This document shows positions 39,306 through 48,040 of a DNA stretch of 64,000 nucleotides, piece by piece (position 1 is the first letter of the stretch; the number at the start of each line of letters is the position of its first letter). The stretch covers positions 3,264,001 to 3,328,000 of the forward strand of contig CBDIID010000003.1 of assembly GCA_965279515.1 (NCBI GenBank), in the 5' to 3' direction. The translations under genes were made by a program, and so were the position numbers. The DNA comes from Turneriella sp. GTDB taxonomy: Bacteria; Spirochaetota; Leptospiria; Turneriellales; Turneriellaceae. The notes beneath the pieces were generated by a model that ran no database searches, was not told the origin of the DNA, and saw only the letters and a list, made by a program, of their open reading frames with translations.

Positions 39306-40847
39306 CTAGTCTGCCCCGATGATCGGCTTTTTGTAGGAGTACAAACCGTGAACGCCGCCCTGCGCCTGCGCCGCAAGCGAACGGGGTTCAAAACGCAGCT
39401 TGCTGGTGTGCAGCGCCTGGTGCAGGCCAGAGATGTCTTTGCAACCCATGTCCTGTAATGCATGGCGTACACCCTGCATCAGGTAAGGTACGAACTCGAA
39501 TAAGCTGCCTTTGTCGACGACTGCGCCTGAAACCCCTTGAGCTACGCGGATCTTCTGGTCTTCGACGTTATAACGTTTGGCGCCGCCGCCTGAACCTTCC
39601 ATCGCTTCAATAGAAGCCATGCCGCGGAATTTTTTGAGCCGCACGCCGTTCTCGTAGTAGTAGTCGCCCGGTGCTTCTTTGCTGCCGGCAAGCAGCGAAC
39701 CGCACATGACTGCACTGCCGCCGACGGCGAGTGCCTTGGCAATATCGCCGATGTTGGCGATACCGCCGTCGGCGATTACGGGTATTTTATGTTTCGCAGC
39801 CATGAGCGCGGTGTAATAGACCGCCGTCGCCTGCGAACGGCCGCAGGCCATGGTGTCCTGCGTGATGCAGATCGAACCCGGACCCATGCCGATACGCAGT
39901 GCATCTGCGCCGGCTTTGATGAGTGCCTCGCCTTGTTCGCGTGTAACGACATTGCCGGCGACGACATCGACCTCGGGATGTTTTTTCTTGAGCTCCTTCA
40001 ACAGGTCGATCTGGAATTTCGAATAACCTTGCGCTGAATCGACGACGAGCAGGTCGACGCCGCGCGCGACCAGCATGTCGATGCGTTCGCGGTCATGCGG
40101 GTGCGTCGAGACTGCGGCGCCGACGCGCAGACGCTTCTGCGCATCTTTGGTTGCAAGCGGATATTCGCGGTTTTTCTGTAAGTCGGTGCGGCTCATGAGC
40201 GCCACAAGGCGGCCGTTCTTGTCGATGATTGGCAATTTGCCTTTTTTAGACTTACGCAGTATTTCATTCGCCTCGACGAGCGAGACACCTTTAAGTGCGG
40301 TGACGACGTCGGTGGTCATGACTTTGGAAAGCGGAATCGAACGGTTCTTCTCAAAATCGACATCACGGTTAGCGACGATACCGACAAGTTTTGTCATCAA
40401 TGTGCCGTCTTCGGTGATCGGTACACCATGGAAGCCATAACGCTCGGCGATGTTGTCGATGTCGGCGATGGTATTTTTCGGAGAGAGCACGATAGGTTCG
40501 GTAATGAAGCCGTTCTCAAAACGTTTCACGCGTTCGACCTGTGCGGCCTGCTCTTCGATCGAAAGGTTGTTGTGGATGATGCCGATGCCGCCCAATAGCG
40601 CCATGGTGATCGCCATGCGGCTTTCGGTAACGGTGTCCATGGGCGAACTGATGAGTGGCAGTTTGGTTTTGACATTGCGCGTGATGCGTGTCTCGAGGCT
40701 GACATCCTGCGGGGCGAAATCGATATAACCGGGAAGAATAAGAAAATCTTTATAGGTGATACCCTGGTCTTTTTCAAAAACCTGGGAAGCTGAAAAACCG
40801 TCGATGTATTTGCTTTTGGAAGTTTTAGAGGAAGTGCTGCGTGCCAT
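39306..40847 (-). CDS. guaB: IMP dehydrogenase
   Basis: SSPMDTVTE, a CBS pair, [16 protein letters not shown] and FRGMAS. Confidence 0.98.
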   Translation of the reverse strand: MARSTSSKTSKSKYIDGFSASQVFEKDQGITYKDFLILPGYIDFAPQDVSLETRITRNVKTKLPLISSPMDTVTESRMAITMALLGGIGIIHNNLSIEEQAAQVERVKRFENGFITEPIVLSPKNTIADIDNIAERYGFHGVPITEDGTLMTKLVGIVANRDVDFEKNRSIPLSKVMTTDVVTALKGVSLVEANEILRKSKKGKLPIIDKNGRLVALMSRTDLQKNREYPLATKDAQKRLRVGAAVSTHPHDRERIDMLVARGVDLLVVDSAQGYSKFQIDLLKELKKKHPEVDVVAGNVVTREQGEALIKAGADALRIGMGPGSICITQDTMACGRSQATAVYYTALMAAKHKIPVIADGGIANIGDIAKALAVGGSAVMCGSLLAGSKEAPGDYYYENGVRLKKFRGMASIEAMEGSGGGAKRYNVEDQKIRVAQGVSGAVVDKGSLFEFVPYLMQGVRHALQDMGCKDISGLHQALHTSKLRFEPRSLAAQAQGGVHGLYSYKKPIIGAD

Positions 40848-40924
40848 GTGATAGTTTAAGGAAAAAAAACACGCGGTCAAGTTTAATTAAAAGTCTCGAC
40901 GGCGGGCAAAAAACCTGAAAAACG

Positions 40925-41704
40925 TTGCCGGAGGAGCGAATGCGCGCGCCGAAAAAATATTTCACCCAGGTGCCTGTTTTTGCGCTAATCTGTATATTCG
41001 TTGGGTTTGCTTTTTCCTTATCGAGCCTTTCAGTACGCGATCAAAGGTTTCAGGCCCTTTTTTTCGAGAATACAATCTCAGCACTGTGCATCGGTCTTTG
41101 CGCTTTTACCAGCGGTTTTATAGCTTACCAACATCTCCGCCATCAACGTGTTCCCCAATTTTATCTGAAAAGCCTCGGGGCCTCCCTCTTGGGTGGTCTC
41201 ATGGGCCGAACACTTGCGGTATTATTACATAAATTCACCTCAGGAAGTTTGCCGATTGTGTGTTTAGATTTGATTCTTTCTTTCGTACCCGCGCTTATGA
41301 TGACATTTCTCATTGCAACGGGTTATATTTTCTACTGGCACCACGGAGAACCTGTCGCGAAAGCCGGTGATTTTCCGGAAACGATTGAGATCCGTTCAGA
41401 GGGTAAGCTCCGTTATCTGCCGGTCCGCTCGATCTGCTACCTCACCGCCAACGGCAAGAGGACCATTATTCACACCGAATCGGGTGACCACACGGTGAAC
41501 ATGCTGCTCAAGGAGTTTCTCCGCCGGTTTTCGATTCCCGGGCTCATGCGATCGCATAAAAAACATGCCGTGCAGACGCGCGCGATCCAGTCGCTGCGGC
41601 ATAACCATTCGGGTGAATATCTCGCCGCTCTTGCCGGCGAGGCGTTTATTGTGCCGGTTTCCCCGAAATTTCTGCCCCAGATACGCCGGGCAAAAACCGG
41701 TTGA
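40925..41704 (+). CDS. Membrane-bound LytTR DNA-binding regulator (one-component)
   Basis: About 4 TM helices, then ICYLTANGKRTIIHT...MRSHKKHAV...VPVS. No REC domain. Start 40925 or 40940. Confidence 0.82.
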   Translation: MPEERMRAPKKYFTQVPVFALICIFVGFAFSLSSLSVRDQRFQALFFENTISALCIGLCAFTSGFIAYQHLRHQRVPQFYLKSLGASLLGGLMGRTLAVLLHKFTSGSLPIVCLDLILSFVPALMMTFLIATGYIFYWHHGEPVAKAGDFPETIEIRSEGKLRYLPVRSICYLTANGKRTIIHTESGDHTVNMLLKEFLRRFSIPGLMRSHKKHAVQTRAIQSLRHNHSGEYLAALAGEAFIVPVSPKFLPQIRRAKTG

Positions 41705-41705
41705 T

Positions 41706-41770
41706 TTTGTTCCAGTTTTTTCCGCTTTGTTCCATCCCCCATTGACAATGGTGCACCGGGGGATTATAAG
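41706..41770 (+). promoter_or_regulatory. LytTR-type direct repeats followed by a sigma70 promoter
   Basis: TTTGTTCCA at 41706 and 41726 (11-bp spacer); TTGACA at 41742-41747; 17 bp; TATAAG at 41765-41770. Confidence 0.7.
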
Positions 41771-41806
41771 CGAGACTCAAAATCTGTTTCTAGTAAGGAA
41801 GGTTCA

Positions 41807-42349
41807 ATGAAAGTACTCAAAGTGATCGGAATTCTGCTGGGAGGCATTGTTGCTTTGTTTCTCGTGACGGCGGCGGTTACGAAAAAGAATTATGCCGTCG
41901 AAAGATCAGTGACGATAACGAAGCCCAAAACCGAAGTTTTCAGTTATGCGAAGCTCCTCAAAAATCAGGATAATTTCAGTGTCTGGGCGAAAATGGATCC
42001 GGAGATGAAAAAAACTTACCGCGGTACGGACGGCACCGTCGGCTTCGTTTCGGCCTGGGAGAGCAAGAAGGACGATGTCGGCACGGGAGAACAGGAGATA
42101 AAAAAAATCGACGAAGGTAACCGCATCGACTACGAGCTCCGTTTTCTGAAACCGTTTGAAGCGACCTCGCCGGCGTATCTGGCTTTTACTGATGCTGCTG
42201 ACGGCCAGACGAAGGTGAGCTGGGGCATGAGCGGGCGCATGCCTTATCCGATGAATATCATGCTGCTGTTCATGAATATGGAAGAGATGATCGGCAAGGA
42301 CTTTGACACCGGCCTTGCAAATCTCAAAAACATTCTCGAAAAAAAATAA
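41807..42349 (+). CDS. SRPBCC family protein with an N-terminal anchor
   Basis: VERSVTI, WAKMDP, GTVGFVSAW and GKDFDTGLANLK motifs. Confidence 0.9.
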   Translation: MKVLKVIGILLGGIVALFLVTAAVTKKNYAVERSVTITKPKTEVFSYAKLLKNQDNFSVWAKMDPEMKKTYRGTDGTVGFVSAWESKKDDVGTGEQEIKKIDEGNRIDYELRFLKPFEATSPAYLAFTDAADGQTKVSWGMSGRMPYPMNIMLLFMNMEEMIGKDFDTGLANLKNILEKK

Positions 42350-42355
42350 TCGCCG

Positions 42356-42395
42356 AACGGGAATCCGCGTGAAAATCTGCCGGGTTCCCGTTTTG
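42356..42395 (+). terminator. Probable intrinsic terminator
   Basis: AACGGGAATCCG...CGGGTTCCCGTT stem followed by a T-rich tract, just after the SRPBCC stop codon. Confidence 0.5.
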
Positions 42396-42405
42396 GTATT
42401 TTGCT

Positions 42406-42448
42406 TGTCATATTATGTCGCATCACCCTGATGTGACATAATATGGCA
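42406..42448. repeat. 20-bp inverted repeat covering the start codon of the DegT-like gene
   Basis: TGTCATATTATGTCGCATCA-CCC-TGATGTGACATAATATGGCA; both mismatches are G-U compatible. Confidence 0.8.
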
Positions 42449-43612
42449 GTGGAACAAACAACCGAAGCCGGGTTAACTCCACCGAAACCGGGGTATCTCG
42501 CATCTGTTGCGACGTCTAAGTCGAAAAACCAGACGATCCAGTACATGCGGCCAACGCTCTCGCGCAACGAACTCAAGTCGGTGCTCGAGTCGCTGATTCT
42601 CGAAGAGGTTTCATTCGGCCAGGGCGTGCTGGATTTTGAAAAAACCTTCGCGCGCACTTTTGATTTCGGACACGCCGCCGCCGTCGACTCGTATACATCC
42701 GCCTTTCACCTGGCCCTGCTTGCAGCGGAGCTCGGCAAAGACGATGAAATCGTCATGCCGGTTACCGCGCCGCTCTGTCTCATCGATGCGGCGGGGTACA
42801 ATGGTGCCCGCGCTGTGCTGGTCGATCTTGCGAAAGATTCGTTCCACCCCGAAGTGGATGCCCTTTTGGGCGCGATCACGGATAAGACCAAGGTCATCTT
42901 CCTCCCTTATGTCTTTGGCTCGTACAAGGACTTCCGTTCCCTCTACGAAAAGCTCGAAGCAGCGGGCCTACGCAAAAGTAAAGAGCGTTATATCCGTGTG
43001 ATCGAAGATATCTCGCATGTGATCGGCCATGAGTTTAACGGCCGCCAGGCGGGGGCCGACGCCGACATTGCGATCGCCGGTCTCAACGAAGACCATCTCA
43101 TGACGATTGGCAAGGGCGGTGTGGTGCTCACCGATTCGCACAACCTTTTTGCCGTCATCAAAGACCTGCGCGTGCAGGGTGGTAACCGCCCCTACCGCAT
43201 GCGTTTTGACTATGCCATCACCGACTACCAGGCGGCGATGGGCCTTGAGCAGCTCGGTAACCTTTCGGCGATCATTGAACGCCGCCGTCGCATGGGTGTA
43301 CTCTATAACGAAGCGATTGCGCACAGCCGTTTGAAATCCTACTTCGCCATACCAGAGGCGGATGTCTGTGGTTCTTTCCCCGTGCTCAGCGATTCGAATA
43401 TCGAACACATGCAGAGATATTTTTCTTCGCTGCAGATTGAAACGCGCCGTGTATTTCCGAACGGCCCGTTGCACCAGGTCATGGGGCTGAATCCTTTGGA
43501 TTTCCCGAATGCCGAAAGACTTTACCAGCGCGGTGTGCTGTTGCCACTCTATCCGATGCTGAATAAAGCAGCGGTTGAAAAAATTACCGCGGCGATCCGC
43601 GGCTTTTATTGA
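42443..43612 (+). CDS. DegT/DnrJ/EryC1/StrS aminotransferase-fold protein (degenerate active site)
   Basis: SYTSAFHLAL, VIEDISH, TIGKGG, QAAMG..QL and LPLYP. The canonical PLP Lys position appears to be His. Confidence 0.85.
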   Translation: MAVEQTTEAGLTPPKPGYLASVATSKSKNQTIQYMRPTLSRNELKSVLESLILEEVSFGQGVLDFEKTFARTFDFGHAAAVDSYTSAFHLALLAAELGKDDEIVMPVTAPLCLIDAAGYNGARAVLVDLAKDSFHPEVDALLGAITDKTKVIFLPYVFGSYKDFRSLYEKLEAAGLRKSKERYIRVIEDISHVIGHEFNGRQAGADADIAIAGLNEDHLMTIGKGGVVLTDSHNLFAVIKDLRVQGGNRPYRMRFDYAITDYQAAMGLEQLGNLSAIIERRRRMGVLYNEAIAHSRLKSYFAIPEADVCGSFPVLSDSNIEHMQRYFSSLQIETRRVFPNGPLHQVMGLNPLDFPNAERLYQRGVLLPLYPMLNKAAVEKITAAIRGFY

Positions 43613-43804
43613 GCGCGGCGCTGATGCGACAATAATTCTTGAATTATGTCGGATGGCGGCGTGGTTGTACATTTTTTTGTGGAATGTTGTGCATAACTTT
43701 CGCAAAAGAAGAGACATAGTTTTAAAAAATATTTTTCGTTTTCCTGAATTTTTTTTGATTTCGTCTTTACGTTGCGTTCAGCCTACCGGATTCTCATCCG
43801 CTCG

Positions 43805-43972
43805 ATGGACAAGCAGCAGAAATTTTTTGAGTGCCCTGAATGCTCTACCATCGTGGAGCGTGTCTTCCAGAACGGCATCTGTAGAAATTGTCTCAACAAA
43901 AAACTGCAGGCCGTGCGTATCGTGATCGATAAGAACCACGCGTTGAAAGTTGCCCGCATGGCAACTGCGTGA
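43805..43972 (+). CDS. Small CxxC-CxxC zinc-ribbon protein
   Basis: 55 aa: FECPEC...ICRNCL; fills an intergenic gap downstream of an AT-rich tract. Confidence 0.55.
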   Translation: MDKQQKFFECPECSTIVERVFQNGICRNCLNKKLQAVRIVIDKNHALKVARMATA

Positions 43973-44002
43973 CCTGTGCCGAGTAGCGACGCGTATCGAG
44001 GC

Positions 44003-45022
44003 ATGGTTAGCGTCTCTTCCTATTCTGTCATTCTCGACCGCGACAAAACCATCAATGCCGACCCCGGATACCTGAACGACCCCGCTAAGGTCGCCTTGTT
44101 GCCGCGCGCTGCCGACGGTATCCGACTCTTAAACCAATTCGGTATCAGGGTTTTTGTCGCCAGCAATCAATCCGGCGTTGCCCGCGGATTGATTTCACTG
44201 ACAGAACTGGCGGCCGTGAATGCGAAAATTTCCGCTCTTTTAGCCGCCGAAGGCGCGCATGTCGAAAAGATCTACGTCTGCCCGCACGGCGACGACGATG
44301 GCTGCGATTGCCGTAAGCCTAAACCGGGCCTTGTACAGCAAATCATCGATGAATACGCGATAGATCCCGCCAGGACCTTTATCGCCGGCGACCGCGCCCG
44401 CGACCTCGAGTGTGCAATCCCCTTCGATATCCGCGGTATTTTGGTGGGCCCCGACGAAACTGTAAAACCACCCAATATGGTTTTTCACGCGGAGAACCTG
44501 CATGAGGCCGCGGCTTTCATTCTCGAGACGGTTTTCGAAGAAGAATCGCACAGCAAGGTGTTCGCAACCGCAGAAGCATTTTTACCGCAACTCGAAAAGA
44601 CCAAAAATGCCGGTAAAAAAGTCATTTTTACAAATGGTTGTTTTGATCTCGTACACAGCGGGCATGTGCAATTGCTTGCCCAGGCGCGTGCGCTCGGCGA
44701 TTACCTGGTGCTGGGATTAAACTCAGACCGCAGCGTGCGTGCGCTGAAAGGTGAGTCACGCCCCGTGAACAACGAACAAGACCGCGCCCGCATTCTTGCG
44801 CAGTTGCCGTATATCGATGCGGTCGTGATCTTCGACGAAGATACTCCGGTTGAACTCATGCAAAGACTCAAGCCCGATATCCAGGTGAAGGGCGGCGACT
44901 ATATCAAGGAAAAATTGCCGGAATACCCGGTGATGAAAGAGATGGGAAAAGAAATTGTGATTCTACCTTTCCGCAAAGGCTATTCGACGACGGGCATTCT
45001 CGCCCGCAGCCACGCTAAATAA
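44003..45022 (+). CDS. Fused heptose-1,7-bisphosphate phosphatase (GmhB) and heptose-1-phosphate adenylyltransferase (HldC/RfaE domain II)
   Basis: LDRDKT, SNQSGV and CPH...CDCRKP, then FTNGCFDLVHSGH, GLNSD and VKGGDY. Confidence 0.92.
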   Translation: MVSVSSYSVILDRDKTINADPGYLNDPAKVALLPRAADGIRLLNQFGIRVFVASNQSGVARGLISLTELAAVNAKISALLAAEGAHVEKIYVCPHGDDDGCDCRKPKPGLVQQIIDEYAIDPARTFIAGDRARDLECAIPFDIRGILVGPDETVKPPNMVFHAENLHEAAAFILETVFEEESHSKVFATAEAFLPQLEKTKNAGKKVIFTNGCFDLVHSGHVQLLAQARALGDYLVLGLNSDRSVRALKGESRPVNNEQDRARILAQLPYIDAVVIFDEDTPVELMQRLKPDIQVKGGDYIKEKLPEYPVMKEMGKEIVILPFRKGYSTTGILARSHAK

Positions 45023-46310
45023 TTTCGTCGACCGTTGCTTTCAGCTCGCCTTTCGCGAGGCGCACACGCACCTGTGAACCCTTCTCGACTTTTTTCGCAT
45101 CGGTCAGAATCTTATCGCCATCGTAAACGACAGAATAACCGCGCGACAGCGTTGCCAGCGGTGAATAAGCATCGAAGCGGCCGCCTGTGCTTTCAAATTC
45201 AGCGCGCGTCAGCTTCAGCTTTTGTGCCATCAGTACATCGAGCGGAGTGAGCTTGTTGAGAGCGTTGGCATTGCTGGTAACAATATTGCGGAAGGTGAAG
45301 CGCAGTTTCGATTCGAGCTCGTCGAGAAAGTGCGCCTGGTCTTTGACGAGCACATAGGGTTTTTCCCAGAATTCTTTTTCCGACGAACGTAAAAACCTTT
45401 CACGCAGTGTGCGCAACTGACCATCGAGCGTCGCCGCGTTGCGTTTTGCAAAACCATCCACCTTGAACAGCAGCTCTTCAACCGCGGGAAAAACCGCGCG
45501 CGCGGCATCGGTGGGTGTTGCCGCGGCATAGTCAGCGACATCGTCAGAGATCGGGTGGTCGATCTGGTGGCCGACCGCAGAGACAACGGGAATGCGGCAA
45601 GCGGCAATGATACGGCAGACGGCTTCGTCGTTGAAAGCCATCAGGTCTTCGGCCGAGCCGCCGCCGCGGCCGACAATGACGACCTCACACTGCCATTGCG
45701 GTTTTTGAATTTCTGTCAGCGCCGCAGCGATTGAAGCCGCCGCCGCCTCGCCCTGCACCTGGGCGGGTGCCAGCACGATTTCGGCATGAGGATACCGTTC
45801 CTGCACCTGTTTCAGCATATCGCGGTAGGCCGCGGTTCCGGCCCCTGTCACAATACCCACGCGTTTGGGAAGAGTTGGCAATTCACGCCGGGTCTCAGCG
45901 GTCTTTATCAATCCCTCTTTAAGAAGGCGTTCGCGGATCTGCTGCAGCTTCTGCAGAATGTCGCCCGCGCCGACCTTTTGCACGCGGCGGACCGTGAGGC
46001 TGTATGTCGATTGCGGCGCATAGATGCCCATCGAGCCGAACAGCTCGACTTCGAGGCCGGCCTTGAGCTCGAAATCCAGTGCGGTCTGGGCAAAACGGAA
46101 ATAGGTGCAACGGACGGTGGGGCGTGGGTTTGCACCCTTTTGGCTCATGTCTGAAAGCGTGATATAGATATGGCCAGAGGAGGAGTGTTTTTGGTACGAA
46201 GTAATTTCGCCGCGCACCCAGACATCCTGTAGTTCGGGCGTACTCTTGATTTTGGCTTCGATGATACGGCAGATTTCGGCGACGGAGAACTGTTGCGGCA
46301 CGGGTCGCAT
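45015..46310 (-). CDS. xseA: Exodeoxyribonuclease VII large subunit
   Basis: VWVRGEI, GRGGGSAEDL..FN, SAVGHQID, ATPTDAA and TLSRGYS motifs. Confidence 0.96.
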   Translation of the reverse strand: MRPVPQQFSVAEICRIIEAKIKSTPELQDVWVRGEITSYQKHSSSGHIYITLSDMSQKGANPRPTVRCTYFRFAQTALDFELKAGLEVELFGSMGIYAPQSTYSLTVRRVQKVGAGDILQKLQQIRERLLKEGLIKTAETRRELPTLPKRVGIVTGAGTAAYRDMLKQVQERYPHAEIVLAPAQVQGEAAAASIAAALTEIQKPQWQCEVVIVGRGGGSAEDLMAFNDEAVCRIIAACRIPVVSAVGHQIDHPISDDVADYAAATPTDAARAVFPAVEELLFKVDGFAKRNAATLDGQLRTLRERFLRSSEKEFWEKPYVLVKDQAHFLDELESKLRFTFRNIVTSNANALNKLTPLDVLMAQKLKLTRAEFESTGGRFDAYSPLATLSRGYSVVYDGDKILTDAKKVEKGSQVRVRLAKGELKATVDEII

Positions 46311-46390
46311 CGAATGCAAAATCGGATCGCAGCCGCAAAGTGAAAATCGAAAAGGGCCCGGAGATGATTGTCGCGCCTGCAAAAAATTTC

Positions 46391-48034
46391 ATGCGCGCCA
46401 TCTGTATTTGTGCGCTCGCCGCCGCGCTTTCATGCAAATCATGGGGGAAGTTCTGGGAGGTTGGCACCGTAACGATCAGTGCCTTGGGCGGGCGCAGTAC
46501 CGGGGAGTTGTGGAGCAATACACTGATTGGCAGCTCAACAAGCTCTGTAGCGCGCATTGAAATCTCCATTGCCGGCGGTGCCTGGGGCATAGCAACCGGC
46601 ACGACGTCATGGCGCTATGCGATTCCTTTTTCGGCGAATCTGAAAGTCGGCAAAAAATATGCTTTTAGTGCGCGTGCGGTAGGTAGTGACGGGTCCGTGA
46701 TCGCGACGCAATCGGGGGATTTGCTGCGTCGGGAAAATCACGATATCAACGGAGACGGCTATGCCGACTTCATCGCGGCAGCTCCGGCACGTAATACCAG
46801 CACTGGTTCGATCTATATTTATTATGGCGCTGCGGCGCCGCAATACGCGGCTTCGGGCGCCGGCGCACCAACAATCATCACTGGCGGCGGTACCCAGCGC
46901 AGCTTCGGCTCAGCCTTGGCCCTGGGTGACATCAATGGCGATGGTTACGCCGATCTGGCCGTTGGGGGCGAGCAGTATGCCTCGGGCGCATACAACGGTG
47001 CGGTGTGGATCTATTTCGGCGGCAGTAATGGCATTCCCAGCCAGGCGGCGCTGGTAACGGCGCAATATGTCGGCATCGCCGCAAACGATTATTATGGCGG
47101 CGCGGTTGCGGTGGGCGATCTCAACGGCGACGGTTACCAGGATGTTGTGGTTGGCGCGCGTGAGCGCGTCGGTTCAACGGGTGAAATTTATGCGTACCTG
47201 GGTTCATCCTCCGGCTTGTCATTAGCAACGGCAACCGTGAAAACCGGTACCGGATCTGAAAGGTTCGGTTCTTCGCTGGCGGTGGTCGATGTCAACAGCG
47301 ACGGCATGGCAGATGTCATTGTCGGCGCACCGACAGCCACCCCAACTAGTCTAGCCTATGTTTTTCACGGCATTGCTTCGGGTTTTAATACCACTGCGGC
47401 CGCCACGATCACCGGAGAGGCCGCTGACCGTTTCGGTGACGGCTTCGCCACCGGCGATTTTAACAATGATGGCTATGTGGATATAGCGGTTCAAGCGCGC
47501 GATCACAATGCGGGTCTCGCAACACAGGGGAAGGTATACTTTTTTCCGGGAAGCGCGGCAGGGTTCTCTAATTTCACAGCCAACAGCGCAACGCATCTGA
47601 ATTTTTCGGGTGAGTTAGCCGGATCAACCCTTGGGCGCAGCATACGCATTACCGATGCCAACGGTGATGGTTTTGCCGATTTGCTCTTTTCTTCTTATCT
47701 GCCGGCGTCGATTCCCGGAAAAATTTATTTTCTTCCCGGTAACGCCAGCGGCTTTAGTTCAGCGAATGCGGCAACGATTGCGCAACAAATCACCGGCATC
47801 ACCAATGGCGACGGTCTTGGTGTCTGCATGAGCGTGAAAGATATCAATGGCGACGGCTTTCCCGATCTCATCGCAGGTGCCTATAACCGAAACGCGGGTG
47901 CCGGTGGCGGGCAGGGCACGGCCAGTGTCATTTTAGGGAGTAGAGCCGGCTTTTCGAGTCCATCGTCTGCCGCGGCTGCTTTTACCCTGAATGGTGAAGC
48001 GGGGGGCGACAACTTCGGTCTTGTTGTCTATTAA
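46391..48034 (+). CDS. FG-GAP (integrin-alpha-like beta-propeller) repeat lipoprotein
   Basis: Lipobox ALSC; seven D(I/L/V/F/A)N(G/S/N)DG(Y/F/M)xD repeats. Confidence 0.9.
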   Translation: MRAICICALAAALSCKSWGKFWEVGTVTISALGGRSTGELWSNTLIGSSTSSVARIEISIAGGAWGIATGTTSWRYAIPFSANLKVGKKYAFSARAVGSDGSVIATQSGDLLRRENHDINGDGYADFIAAAPARNTSTGSIYIYYGAAAPQYAASGAGAPTIITGGGTQRSFGSALALGDINGDGYADLAVGGEQYASGAYNGAVWIYFGGSNGIPSQAALVTAQYVGIAANDYYGGAVAVGDLNGDGYQDVVVGARERVGSTGEIYAYLGSSSGLSLATATVKTGTGSERFGSSLAVVDVNSDGMADVIVGAPTATPTSLAYVFHGIASGFNTTAAATITGEAADRFGDGFATGDFNNDGYVDIAVQARDHNAGLATQGKVYFFPGSAAGFSNFTANSATHLNFSGELAGSTLGRSIRITDANGDGFADLLFSSYLPASIPGKIYFLPGNASGFSSANAATIAQQITGITNGDGLGVCMSVKDINGDGFPDLIAGAYNRNAGAGGGQGTASVILGSRAGFSSPSSAAAAFTLNGEAGGDNFGLVVY

Positions 48035-48040
48035 GGATAA

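Noticed and set aside
43670..43760. Replication origin
   Set aside because: Only one good DnaA box, and no dnaA/dnaN/par genes nearby. Kept only as a possible regulatory site.
46730..47880. Nucleotide repeats (ATCAAYGGCGAYGG) as a DNA-level array
   Set aside because: They are explained by protein-level FG-GAP calcium-binding repeats.
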